The translations under genes and the position numbers were made by a program. This document shows positions 21,301 to 30,451 of a stretch of 64,000 nucleotides of DNA, in pieces. This DNA is from Tubiluchus corallicola. Its lineage: Eukaryota; Animalia; Priapulida. The notes beneath the pieces are model-generated. The model ran no database searches, was not told the DNA's origin, and saw only the letters and a list, made by a program, of their open reading frames with translations. Numbering within the stretch: the first letter of the stretch is position 1; every line of letters starts with the position of its first letter. The stretch lies in NCBI GenBank assembly GCA_030141605.1, contig JAQGDQ010002393.1, positions 1 to 64,000 of the forward strand, written 5' to 3'.

Positions 21301-21733
21301 TTTTGGGAGTACCTTCTCCTATAAAATAGTAGTTAGCATTGGAGTAGTGATGTAGTTTGTGCTCGAACAGTTGCGTGCTAGAGTTGTATGTCCATTGTGT
21401 TGTGCCTTCTGCATAGAATAGTATACAATTGTTTGTAAAGTAAGTAGGAATTTGTGTTAAGCCCCAGTCTGTTGTTTCACTATTCATTTTGGGCAGCATC
21501 GCTCCACTGTTGCCATATATTACAGTGTTTTGAGGGTTGCTTATGCCCATATCTTTCAGTTGTTGGGCAGTAAGTTTATAAATACCTGCATCAGTTAGCT
21601 TTACCTTTACCCAAGTGCCAGTGCTAAGAGGTGTGCTATTGGGTATGTTTTGAGCAATGGCACTGAGTGTTGTAAGTTGAAAAAGAATAATGAATAAACA
21701 AAATATTAAAAGTTTTACAACTACAAAAGACAT
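18380..21733 (-). CDS. porU: Type IX secretion system sortase PorU (peptidase C25)
   Basis: STGTWVK N-terminus, SDDFFGLLD, YTGHG (His), TATCEF (Cys), LLGDPAL, NYPNPF C-terminal sorting domain. Confidence 0.93.
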   Translation of the reverse strand: MSFVVVKLLIFCLFIILFQLTTLSAIAQNIPNSTPLSTGTWVKVKLTDAGIYKLTAQQLKDMGISNPQNTVIYGNSGAMLPKMNSETTDWGLTQIPTYFTNNCILFYAEGTTQWTYNSSTQLFEHKLHHYSNANYYFIGEGTPKTLNTQTPPINNPDHQTTTYNYYDHYEKEIYNLLKSGRNWVGEKIHLQDFSYTFNIPNININQPIHLIIQALARSSLPTNITLTSNNYNKTIAIPSTNISSKEADYATVDTTIHTFTLVNNSLPITLQAKNSTSFSAWLDYITLNASANLTVTNNQPLFFRNTQYLNQNKTLQYTISNTNLNTTVWDITNPTQPVKLKTTYNNTTTFSDSTYSLRQYIAFDPTANYPAPEIVEKVPHQNLHTLSNIDYIIITHPSFLSQAQQLAKIHQEIHNLSTTIATPEQIYNEYSSGKPDPTALRNFIRHLYLKNQKSTKKPQYLLLLGSGSYDNKNIEQTNANLLPTYQTQNSLSPINSFTSDDFFGLLDENEGEITGDIDIAIGRLPINTPEEAQTVIEKIRNYLNPHTYGKWKNKITFIADDEDENLHMNQANQLADTLTKYNPAYTIEKLYIDNYPVVTTASSKKYPQANQAITSTVHNGTLIINYTGHGNELWLADEKIITKEDITSWNNKNSLPLFVTATCEFGRFDNHHTPSTGELILLHPNGGGIALCTTTRLAYAKANFELNQLFYQNFLQKSEEGNPLSIGEIIRRTKNQSTFTTNKRNFTLLGDPALIIAPPELNIKTTQINQQPIVEGENDTLQALSKVTLQGRIENFNNTIYDYDGTLHTIIYDKPTHQETLGNLGETPFAYEEQQNIIFNGKASIQKGQFTLTFVVPKDIKYNYGKAKISHYAHNNTQEQAQGHHTIIIGGTSDNPIIDNTPPNIQLYMNNTQFKDGDITDTNPILLAHLNDDNGINTTGYGIGHNITAILDDQHNTPYNLTPYYQTNLDDHTSGTVDYKFSNLSAGKHTIVLKAFDVLNNSATAMLNFVVIEGEKLIIDKAYNYPNPFTHKTHFLFTHNKPNDTLHIALHIYNYTGKHITTLHTSSFNDSYSTHPITWDATTTDGIPLPNGMYFYQFLVTAPEGYQETITGKLIKN

Positions 21734-22007
21734 CTGTTTTTTTATATACGGTATGCTTTGTATTGCTAACTTGTAATATGTTTTTAAAACTATTTTCACT
21801 TTCAATTTCTTCTTTATAATTGATTTTTGCTTATTTTGTACGAAAATAGGCCTTAATTGTGCTTGCAGGTTTAGAGGTTTGCATAGTTATAAACAGTGTT
21901 TTTTTACTGTTAGTCGTCTTAATTTTATTTACAAAGATAGGTGGTTTTTTGCGTATATATTTATATTTGTTGCGGTTTATTAAACTTGAAAAGACATATT
22001 AGTTTGT

Positions 22008-22631
22008 ATGAAGATAAAAATTCCTAAAGAAATAAGAGAGAAAAAAATCATCAATTCAAAAGAGATTTATTATGTGATGCAAACGATTTTGCGTCGTGAA
22101 AATATTATTAGCAGAAATAAAGAATATTTTTGGGTGCTTGGTTTAAGCAATAACGAAAAGATGCTAAATATTGAGTTAATTGCAGTGGGCGATGAGAACT
22201 CTGTGAGTATAGACGATGTTTTTATTTTTAGGATTGCTTTGTTAAAAGGTGCTAAAAAGATGATATTGGTGCATAATCACGTAGGGGCTAATTGTGAGCC
22301 TTCTGAAAAGGATAGGGAGCTAACAAAAAGCCTATTGTTTTCAGGGAATATTTTAAATATTCCTGTGATTGACCATATTATTATTTCGAATGAGGATTAT
22401 TTTAGTTTTAAGGAGAAAGGTTTATTACTATCTATTTTGGAGGAACTAAGTGTAGATATTATGAGTGATGATTTTTTGGAGAAAGAGGCTGTAATGGGTG
22501 AATTAAAATTGTTGTTTAAGGGAAAAATGTTCTCGGTTATAATGAATTTGATAAAAGCGGGTGTTGATATAAAAGTAGTATCAAAGGCAGTAGGAATGTC
22601 TAAAAAAGAAATAAGAGATTTGATAGAATAG
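22008..22631 (+). CDS. RadC-like JAB-domain protein with C-terminal extension
   Basis: KEYFWV, VHNH...PSEKD, DHIII; extra C-terminal helical tail. Confidence 0.85.
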   Translation: MKIKIPKEIREKKIINSKEIYYVMQTILRRENIISRNKEYFWVLGLSNNEKMLNIELIAVGDENSVSIDDVFIFRIALLKGAKKMILVHNHVGANCEPSEKDRELTKSLLFSGNILNIPVIDHIIISNEDYFSFKEKGLLLSILEELSVDIMSDDFLEKEAVMGELKLLFKGKMFSVIMNLIKAGVDIKVVSKAVGMSKKEIRDLIE

Positions 22632-22766
22632 AGCAAGTTGGGAATGAAAAGCTAAAAGCTAAGGCAATAACATATTGGTCTATGTCAATACTTGTAGGTT
22701 GAAAGTTAGAAGTAATGAGATATATAGTTGCCCAATATAATAGTGAGAAGAAAACAAAAGAAACAA

Positions 22767-23351
22767 ATGAGCAAAGTAGTAATTATAGACTATGGGGCAG
22801 GCAATGTACAATCTGTAAAATTTGCTTTACAAAGAGTAGGAGTAGAAGCTACATTGAGCAATGATAAAAAAAGCATACAACAAGCTGATAAAATTATATT
22901 TCCGGGTGTAGGTAGAGCTAAGCAGGCTATGGATGCTCTTCGGAAAAATGGCTTGGACAAGTTGATTCCTGAACTTACTCAGCCTTTATTAGGTATTTGC
23001 CTTGGCTTGCAGTTGATGTGCCAAGAGTCAGAGGAAGATAATACCCCTTGCCTTAACATATTCCCTGTTAAAGTAAAAAGGTTTCCTTCTAATGCAAAAG
23101 TTCCTCAAATAGGATGGAATACCATACAAAAATTAAAAAGTAAGCTACTACAAGGTGTCGAAGAAAATGAATACTTCTATTTTGTACATAGTTATTACGC
23201 CCCTTTGTGTGAAAACACTATAGCTGAAACAAATTACAACCTACCATTTAGTTCAGCTATACAAAAAGATAATTTTTATGCTTGTCAATTTCACCCTGAA
23301 AAAAGTAGCAAAGCAGGAGAGCAAATACTTAAAAACTTTCTATCATTATGA
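22767..23351 (+). CDS. hisH: Imidazole glycerol phosphate synthase glutaminase subunit
   Basis: IDYGAGN, PGVG, GICLG, YFVHSY, QFHPEKS. Confidence 0.97.
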   Translation: MSKVVIIDYGAGNVQSVKFALQRVGVEATLSNDKKSIQQADKIIFPGVGRAKQAMDALRKNGLDKLIPELTQPLLGICLGLQLMCQESEEDNTPCLNIFPVKVKRFPSNAKVPQIGWNTIQKLKSKLLQGVEENEYFYFVHSYYAPLCENTIAETNYNLPFSSAIQKDNFYACQFHPEKSSKAGEQILKNFLSL

Positions 23352-24073
23352 TACAAATAATACCCGCCATCGATATTATAGATGGTAAATGTGTAAGGCT
23401 AGAACAAGGTAACTACGTAAGAAAAACTATTTACAACGACAATCCCTTAGAGGTAGCCCAGCAGTTCGAAGATATTGGTATAGACCGCCTGCACCTTGTA
23501 GATTTAGATGGGGCTAAAGCGAAACATATTATAAATTGGAAGGTGATAGAGACCATTGCTTCAAAAACGAGACTGCATATAGATTTTGGAGGAGGGATAA
23601 AATCCGATGAAGATATAAGAATAGCTTTTAATAGTGGAGCAAAGCAAGTTACAGGTGGAAGTATCGCCGCAACTCACAAAGAAAAGTTTACGGAATGGCT
23701 TAAACAATATGGTAGTGAAAAATTGATACTTGGGGCTGATGTGAAGAACAGAAAAATAGCAATTAATGGATGGAAGGAAAATACTGAAACTGAAATTTTT
23801 GACTTTTTGGATGATTACACACAAGAAGGTGTTAAGTATGTAATTTGTACTGATATAGCTAAAGATGGTATGCTACAAGGTACATCCAAAGAGTTGTATG
23901 AGGATATAATAAAACGATATAAGGACTTGCAACTTATTGCTAGCGGAGGAGTTGCCTCTATTGACGAGTTGCAAGATTTAAATGCTCTTAACATCTACGG
24001 AGTTATAATAGGCAAAGCTATTTATGAAGGTAGAATTACATTGGAAAGTATTTATCAGTTTATAAAAAGATAA
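23348..24073 (+). CDS. hisA: ProFAR isomerase
   Basis: IPAIDIIDGKCVRL, HLVDLDGA, TDIAKDG, ASGG. Confidence 0.97.
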   Translation: MIQIIPAIDIIDGKCVRLEQGNYVRKTIYNDNPLEVAQQFEDIGIDRLHLVDLDGAKAKHIINWKVIETIASKTRLHIDFGGGIKSDEDIRIAFNSGAKQVTGGSIAATHKEKFTEWLKQYGSEKLILGADVKNRKIAINGWKENTETEIFDFLDDYTQEGVKYVICTDIAKDGMLQGTSKELYEDIIKRYKDLQLIASGGVASIDELQDLNALNIYGVIIGKAIYEGRITLESIYQFIKR

Positions 24074-24181
24074 GTCAAAAACTTACCATACTGGTAGCCC
24101 CAGAAATCTTGGAAGATGGAGGATTGTTTTGTAGGGAAGAAAAAAAGACGAAGTGGGAAAACCCAAATCGTCTTATTCGTG

Positions 24182-24256
24182 TCGGGATGACTGGATTCGA
24201 ACCAGCGACCCCACGCCCCCCAGACGTGTACTCTAACCGAGCTGAGCTACATCCCG
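24182..24256 (-). tRNA. tRNA-Pro (GGG)
   Basis: Cloverleaf; anticodon arm cacgt-ctGGGgg-gcgtg; GGTTCGAATCC T-arm. Confidence 0.95.
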
Positions 24257-24377
24257 AATTTGAGTGCAAAGATATAATTTATTTTGCTTTCTATATAAAG
24301 AAAAATTGAATTTATTGTAATAATATACAAGCAGACTTTGCATCTTTTAGTTTATATTATATGTGAATTTAAATGTT

Positions 24378-24407
24378 AATTAAACGGTGTTTAAACACCG
24401 TTTAATT
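24378..24407. repeat. Perfect 30-bp palindrome
   Basis: aattaaacggtgttt|aaacaccgtttaatt. Confidence 0.85.
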
Positions 24408-24603
24408 TGTTAAGTTTGTTCTTTACTCATTATATCTTATTTTCAAATTAAGTATTATATGGGTAGTGTATAGGGCTGAGAAGGGCTATGACTGTGCTTC
24501 TTATTTTTATGTCCCAGTTGGTTTGCCCAATTATTAATTTTCAACTTTTAGTTTTTAGATATTAGTTTTTATCTTTGCTATTTTATGCTACATATCTATA
24601 AAT

Positions 24604-25626
24604 ATGAAAAACTTACAAGGGAACTATTCTCTCAAGTCACTTAATACTTTCAATATAGATGTAAAAGCTGAATATTATTTTGCCTTTGAGAACATTGACG
24701 AGCTTACCCAATTACTTAAAGAGCCAATAATACAGGAGGAAAGAAAGTTTATCCTTGGAGGAGGAAGCAACTTGTTGTTTCTTAATGACTTTTATGGAAT
24801 TGTTTTGCATCCTACTATAAAAGGTATAAACATCGTTCAACAAACATCTGATGAAGTGCTACTTAAAGTAGGGGCAGGGGAGAACTGGGATGAACTTGTG
24901 AAATATACTGTCGAACATAATTTTGGAGGTTTGGAAAACCTTACACTCATACCCGGTAGTGTAGGAGCAGCACCCGTACAAAACATAGGAGCCTACGGCA
25001 CAGAGGTTGAAGATATTATACATACAGTAGATGTATTTGACCTTAAAACCTTGCAAACACAAACCTTTACCAAAAAACAATGTGAGTTTGCTTACCGAAA
25101 TAGTATTTTCAAAGGCAAATTAAAAGGCAAGGCACTTATCACGTATGTAACCTTTAAACTTACTCCTAACCCTACAAATTTTAATATACAATATGGCAGT
25201 ATCAAAGAAGAGCTACGAAAATACCCCTCCATTAATTTAGCTACCATCAGACAAGCTATTAAACATATCAGAGAAACAAAGTTACCCGACCCCAAAATTA
25301 TCCCTAATGCCGGCAGTTTTTTTAAAAATCCTGTTGTACCTACACAACAAGCCCAGCAATTAAAAAAGCAATATCCTGATATTCCTGTTTACCCAATATC
25401 CGATGATTTAAGCAAAATAGCAGCAGGATGGCTCATAGAACAATGTAGATGGAAAGGGAAACAGGTTGGTAATGTAGCCACATACTCTAAGCAAGCACTT
25501 GTTATTATTAACAAAGGAAATGCTACTGGCACAGAAATCATCAGCTATGCTCATCAGATACAAAAATCTATCCGTCAAAAGTTTGATATTTGCTTAGAAA
25601 TGGAAGTTAATGTTGTTCTTAGTTAA
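24604..25626 (+). CDS. murB: UDP-N-acetylenolpyruvoylglucosamine reductase
   Basis: GGGSNLLF, PVQNIGAYG, NAGSFFKNP. Confidence 0.97.
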   Translation: MKNLQGNYSLKSLNTFNIDVKAEYYFAFENIDELTQLLKEPIIQEERKFILGGGSNLLFLNDFYGIVLHPTIKGINIVQQTSDEVLLKVGAGENWDELVKYTVEHNFGGLENLTLIPGSVGAAPVQNIGAYGTEVEDIIHTVDVFDLKTLQTQTFTKKQCEFAYRNSIFKGKLKGKALITYVTFKLTPNPTNFNIQYGSIKEELRKYPSINLATIRQAIKHIRETKLPDPKIIPNAGSFFKNPVVPTQQAQQLKKQYPDIPVYPISDDLSKIAAGWLIEQCRWKGKQVGNVATYSKQALVIINKGNATGTEIISYAHQIQKSIRQKFDICLEMEVNVVLS

Positions 25627-25649
25627 CGACTGAGAGGATTTTTTTATTC

Positions 25650-26405
25650 TTAGTTTTTCTCTTTGGGCAAGTAAACCCTTACATTTTTTATTAGGCAAGC
25701 TCCTCTTTCGGAACCCGTTCCGCGTATTCGTAATGCTAAATGCCCCTCACCTAATGCCTCTTTATCTTCGGTCTCTAATATTTTTTTCCCGTCTACCGCA
25801 AGCCATAGTTTATTATCCTCACGCCCTACATTGATATGATAAAACACACCAGCTTTCATTAAATTTTTATCAGCAGAAACTAAAGCCTCTTTTCCGGGCT
25901 TGGGATATTTTCTTAAGAAAGGAGGGAAATTGTGAGATGCATTGTTGAAAGCAAAAAAATAGTTATCTACTTCATTTATCCAAAGACTCATCGTTCCATC
26001 ATATCCCGCAGGAATATTTAACTTGTTTGTTTCTCCCTTGTTAGAAGCAGATAATATAGCTACTAAAACAGTGGGAGGATAGAGTGTCATAACATCGTAA
26101 GACAATATTACCGTTTTTCCATAGCTTTCAGGACTTACCAGCATTACTCCTTGGCTGCCATTTTCTTCTGCCATTAGTACTTGATTGTGCCCTTCATCTA
26201 CTGCCTTCCCTTTGCCATAAAATTTCCATTGCAATAGGTCTGTTGTGGTAATTTCCTTGACATTATAAGTTTCTCTTAATGTTGTTTTACAAACAACAGC
26301 TTGTTTATCTTCTTTTGCACTATGTTTGCTATCCACGTTGCAGGAATAAACAGATAATAGCAGCGATATTAATATAGGTAATGTAGATAATGATGATTGT
26401 TTCAT
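25650..26405 (-). CDS. Lipoprotein, possibly YesU/DUF1961-like beta-sandwich
   Basis: Lipobox VYSC; C-terminal LAVDGKKIL...LGEGHLALR resembles concanavalin-like domains. Confidence 0.5.
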   Translation of the reverse strand: MKQSSLSTLPILISLLLSVYSCNVDSKHSAKEDKQAVVCKTTLRETYNVKEITTTDLLQWKFYGKGKAVDEGHNQVLMAEENGSQGVMLVSPESYGKTVILSYDVMTLYPPTVLVAILSASNKGETNKLNIPAGYDGTMSLWINEVDNYFFAFNNASHNFPPFLRKYPKPGKEALVSADKNLMKAGVFYHINVGREDNKLWLAVDGKKILETEDKEALGEGHLALRIRGTGSERGACLIKNVRVYLPKEKN

Positions 26406-26434
26406 ATGAAGATTAAATTTAAGAAAAAAACTTG

Positions 26435-26523
26435 CGGAGAGAGGGGGATTCGAACCCCCGGTAGCGATTGCTCGCTACGCCAGTTTAGCAAACTGGTGGA
26501 TTAAGCCACTCTCCCACCTCTCC
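26435..26523 (-). tRNA. tRNA-Ser (GCT)
   Basis: ccagt-ttGCTaa-actgg anticodon arm, long variable arm, GGTTCGAATCC. Confidence 0.95.
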
Positions 26524-26751
26524 AAGAAAAAGGAAGTGCAAAAATATAAATTAGAAAGCCAAATTCAAACAAAAAAACTATTTTTATTTGAGAAAATAAA
26601 ATAACCTGCTTACTATCAGTTTGAAAATTGTTGTTAGAATAAAATATGACAAACAAAATGAAAAAAAATATTAAAAAATTTTTGTACCTAAAAAAAAACT
26701 TCCTACCTTTGCACTGTTTTTATAAAAACAAATAAAGACAACTTTAAGCAA

Positions 26752-26824
26752 GATTCAGTAGCTCAGCTGGTAGAGCACATCCCTTTTAAGGATGGGGTCC
26801 TGGGTTCGAACCCCAGCTGAATCA
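26752..26824 (+). tRNA. tRNA-Lys (TTT)
   Basis: catcc-ctTTTaa-ggatg anticodon arm; TACCTTTG promoter at 26704-26711. Confidence 0.95.
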
Positions 26825-27039
26825 CTTCTTATCTAATAAATGAAGCCTTTAAAAACAGTAAAGTTTACAGGCTTTTTCAAGTAGTAAAAATTTCTTTTTT
26901 AAATCGTAAGTTAAAAGAAATTAAAGGAAAAACAACCACCATATTTTTTTTGTAAAAAAATACAATATTATGGCTGTTAACTTCAATCTAAAATTAAACA
27001 CCCTTCTTTATACTTAGCACCAACTCCTAAGGTATTGTC

Positions 27040-28023
27040 TTAATTTTTAGACATTAATTTAGCATACTCCTTGGCAAAGTAGCTAATAATAATATCTGCC
27101 CCAGCCCGCTTTATAGAATACAGTATTTCTATCATCAGTTTTTCACCGTCTACCCAGCCTTTCTCTGCTGCTGCTTTTACCAAAGAGAATTCTCCACTTA
27201 CATTATATGCAGCTACGGGTGTATTGAAGTTTTGTTTTATTTTATATACTATATCCAAATAGCTCAATGCAGGTTTTACCATCACAATGTCTGCTCCTTC
27301 TTTTATATCCTGTTCTACTTCACGCAAAGCCTCATTACTGTTTCTATAATCCATTTGATAAGTTGTCCTATCTCCAAATTGTGGGCTACTTTTCGCTGCT
27401 TCTCTAAATGGGCCGTAGAAAGCAGAAGAGTATTTTGCAGAGTAAGACATAATAGGTAGCTTTTCGAAATTGTTGTCATCTAGTATTTTACGAATAGCTG
27501 ATACTCTACCGTCCATCATATCACTTGGAGCCACCATATCTACTCCAGCTTTTGCCAAAGTCAAAGACTGTTTCGACAGGGTTTCTAATGTTTTATCGTT
27601 ATCTACATCGCCTTCTATTATCGTGCCACAATGTCCGTGTGTTGTATATTCACAGTTGCATACGTCTGCAATTACAAATAAATCTTTCACCTCTTTTTTT
27701 ACTGCTCTTATTGCCTGTGCAACAATGCTATCTTTATGTGTAGCTACTGTTCCATCTGCATCTTTCTTTATGGGTATGCCAAATAGCAGCACAGCTTTTA
27801 TTCCCAGTTGATACAATTCCTTACATTCTTCTACCAACAAGTCTACACTCAATTGATAGTTGTCGGGCATAGATGTTATTTCCTTTTTTACTCCTTTGCC
27901 CTCACAAACGAATAAGGGCATAACAAGGTCGTTTAGTGTAATGCTTGTTTCACTTACTATATTACGCAATATACCGTTGTATCTCAATCTTCTTAACCTT
28001 GTTGTTGGAAAAACTGAACTCAT
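27040..28023 (-). CDS. hemB: Porphobilinogen synthase (Zn-type)
   Basis: CNCEYTTHGHCG, APSDMMDGR, MVKPA, AYNVSGE. Confidence 0.97.
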   Translation of the reverse strand: MSSVFPTTRLRRLRYNGILRNIVSETSITLNDLVMPLFVCEGKGVKKEITSMPDNYQLSVDLLVEECKELYQLGIKAVLLFGIPIKKDADGTVATHKDSIVAQAIRAVKKEVKDLFVIADVCNCEYTTHGHCGTIIEGDVDNDKTLETLSKQSLTLAKAGVDMVAPSDMMDGRVSAIRKILDDNNFEKLPIMSYSAKYSSAFYGPFREAAKSSPQFGDRTTYQMDYRNSNEALREVEQDIKEGADIVMVKPALSYLDIVYKIKQNFNTPVAAYNVSGEFSLVKAAAEKGWVDGEKLMIEILYSIKRAGADIIISYFAKEYAKLMSKN

Positions 28024-28468
28024 AAACTAATTATTTGTTTTATTTAAAAAAATAGTAAAGCCAAGTTTGCTATTAGTATAAAGAAGTCTGAGCTTGTCTC
28101 TACTAAAAACTGTTAAAAAGTCTGTTGCTTAAAATGCAAAATTACATTAAATTTGCATTGCTGTTTCTCTTTTGGTGATTATATATAGTTTTATGCTAAA
28201 AAATGATAAAAATACAGCCAACATTTTTTTAGTGAGCCTTGCAAATTTTGTGCTTAACAACTTTTTTCGATAAAGGCTCTGAAGGTTTATCATTTAATAA
28301 TTGTTTAAGATTGTGTATAATTTTTTTAAAAGCAAGTTTTTTTTTGTTTTGTCGTCAAATAGGAAAAACAGATTACGAATGCAGTAGAAACGTAGATTTA
28401 TGTTTTTTTACAAATAAAATAGGATACGATATATAAATTACAAACTATAAAAATAATTATCAAGTATT

Positions 28469-29473
28469 ATGAGTGAAGCAACAGCAACAGTGGATATAAA
28501 AGAGTTGAACGAGAGAATACAAAAAGAAAGCTCGTTTGTAGATATGCTCAATATGGAAATGAGAAAGGTCATTGTAGGGCAAAAGCATCTGGTAGAAAGT
28601 TTATTGATAGGTTTGTTGGCAGATGGGCATATATTGTTAGAAGGTTTACCCGGATTAGCAAAAACACTTGCCATCAGCTCGCTCTCTAAGTGCATAGATG
28701 CTAAGTTTAGCCGTATTCAATTTACGCCCGACTTATTACCTGCCGACCTTCTTGGGACGATGATATACAGCCAAAAGAAAGAGGAATTCTCCGTAAAAAA
28801 AGGACCTATATTCACCAATTTTGTTCTTGCAGACGAAATCAACCGCGCCCCTGCCAAAGTACAAAGTGCCTTGTTGGAAGCAATGCAAGAGCGACAGGTT
28901 ACCATAGGTGAAAATACTTTCAAACTAGAAGCCCCTTTTCTTGTGATGGCAACACAAAACCCCATAGAACAAGAAGGAACTTATCCACTACCCGAAGCAC
29001 AAGTAGATAGGTTTATGCTAAAAGTAGTTATCAGCTATCCTAAAAAGGAAGAAGAGCAACTTGTGATACGTCAAAATCTGCAAAAGACCTACAACACTGT
29101 AAATACTATATTGAAACCCAAAGATATAATCAAAGCTCGTGATGTGGTCAAGGACGTATATATAGACGAAAAGATAGAAAAATACATTATAGATATTGTG
29201 TTTTCTACTCGCTCACCAGAAGAATACAAATTAGAAAAATTCAAGGAATACATTAATTACGGAGCATCGCCCCGTGCCAGTATTAGCTTAGCACAGGCAG
29301 CCAAGTCCTATGCTTTCATAAAACGTAGAGGCTATGTAGTACCAGAGGATATAAGAGCTGTATGTTTCGATGTGCTTCGTCATCGCATAGGACTAAGTTA
29401 CGAGGCAGAAGCCAACAATGTAACCCAAGAAGAAATCATTGCAGAAATTTTAAACACAGTAGAAGTTCCTTAA
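28469..29473 (+). CDS. moxR: MoxR-family AAA ATPase
   Basis: GLPGLAKT, RIQFTPDLLP, DEINRA, ATQNPIEQEGTY. Confidence 0.95.
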   Translation: MSEATATVDIKELNERIQKESSFVDMLNMEMRKVIVGQKHLVESLLIGLLADGHILLEGLPGLAKTLAISSLSKCIDAKFSRIQFTPDLLPADLLGTMIYSQKKEEFSVKKGPIFTNFVLADEINRAPAKVQSALLEAMQERQVTIGENTFKLEAPFLVMATQNPIEQEGTYPLPEAQVDRFMLKVVISYPKKEEEQLVIRQNLQKTYNTVNTILKPKDIIKARDVVKDVYIDEKIEKYIIDIVFSTRSPEEYKLEKFKEYINYGASPRASISLAQAAKSYAFIKRRGYVVPEDIRAVCFDVLRHRIGLSYEAEANNVTQEEIIAEILNTVEVP

Positions 29474-29574
29474 TAAACTAAAAGGTAAAAACTAAAAATT
29501 GTTTCACTTGCTTAAAGAGTTGATAACTTTACAACTTTTAGTTTTTATCTTTTGTCTTTTAACTAATAAACTAA

Positions 29575-30444
29575 GTGGAAACTACAGATTTACTAAAACG
29601 GGTACGTAAAATAGAAATAAAAACTCGCGGCTTGTCCAAAAATATCTTTGCGGGTGAGTATCATTCAGCGTTTAAAGGACGAGGTATGACTTTTAGCGAG
29701 GTAAGGGAATACCAGTTTGGCGATGATATACGTAATATAGACTGGAATGTAACAGCACGTTTTAGCCATCCATATATCAAAATATTTGAAGAAGAACGTG
29801 AACTGACTATGATGATATTGGTGGATGTAAGTGGTTCGCGCGAGTTTGGCTCAGACACCTACCTGAAAAAAAACATTATTACCGAAATAGCAGCAGTACT
29901 GTCGTTCTCTGCCATACAAAACAATGATAAAATAGGCGTTATACTATTTAGCGATAAGATAGAAAAATTTATCCCTCCTAAAAAAGGAAAAACACATACC
30001 CTAAGAATTATTAGGGAGTTGATTAATTTTCAGCCCGAAAGCAGAAAAACTGATATTAGTCAGGCTTTAAGCTACTTTACCAATGTAATAAAAAAGCACT
30101 GCACAGCTTTTGTTATTTCCGATTTTATTGACAAGAAGAGCTTCGAAAAACCTTTACAGATAGCCAACAACAAGCACGATATTATTGCTTTCAAGATATA
30201 CGACCAAGCCGAAATAGAACTGCCCCCCATAGGCTTGATGCAACTAAAAGATGCAGAGAGCGGAAAACACTTGTGGGTAGATACTTCCAACAAAAAAATA
30301 CAAAAAGAATATAAAAAATACTGGCAAAAGACCAATCAACAGCACAAAGAGTTATTCAACAAATGTGGAGTGGATAGTACCACCATCAACATAAGGGAAG
30401 ATTACGTAAAAGCATTGATGCAATTATTTAAAAAAAGAGCATAA
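29575..30444 (+). CDS. DUF58 (VWA-like) protein
   Basis: EVREYQFGDDIRNIDWNVTAR. Confidence 0.93.
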   Translation: METTDLLKRVRKIEIKTRGLSKNIFAGEYHSAFKGRGMTFSEVREYQFGDDIRNIDWNVTARFSHPYIKIFEEERELTMMILVDVSGSREFGSDTYLKKNIITEIAAVLSFSAIQNNDKIGVILFSDKIEKFIPPKKGKTHTLRIIRELINFQPESRKTDISQALSYFTNVIKKHCTAFVISDFIDKKSFEKPLQIANNKHDIIAFKIYDQAEIELPPIGLMQLKDAESGKHLWVDTSNKKIQKEYKKYWQKTNQQHKELFNKCGVDSTTINIREDYVKALMQLFKKRA

Positions 30445-30451
30445 CAAAACA

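Noticed and set aside
24075-24309. ORFs overlapping tRNA-Pro
   Set aside because: Spurious translations of the tRNA gene.
26970-27017. Tiny ORF MAVNFNLKLN after tRNA-Lys as an integrase remnant
   Set aside because: Only 15 codons, and I found no duplicated tRNA 3' end; cannot be supported.
29476-29560. Imperfect A-rich/T-rich inverted repeat between moxR and DUF58
   Set aside because: Low complexity; similar tracts are common in Bacteroidota spacers; no element boundaries visible.
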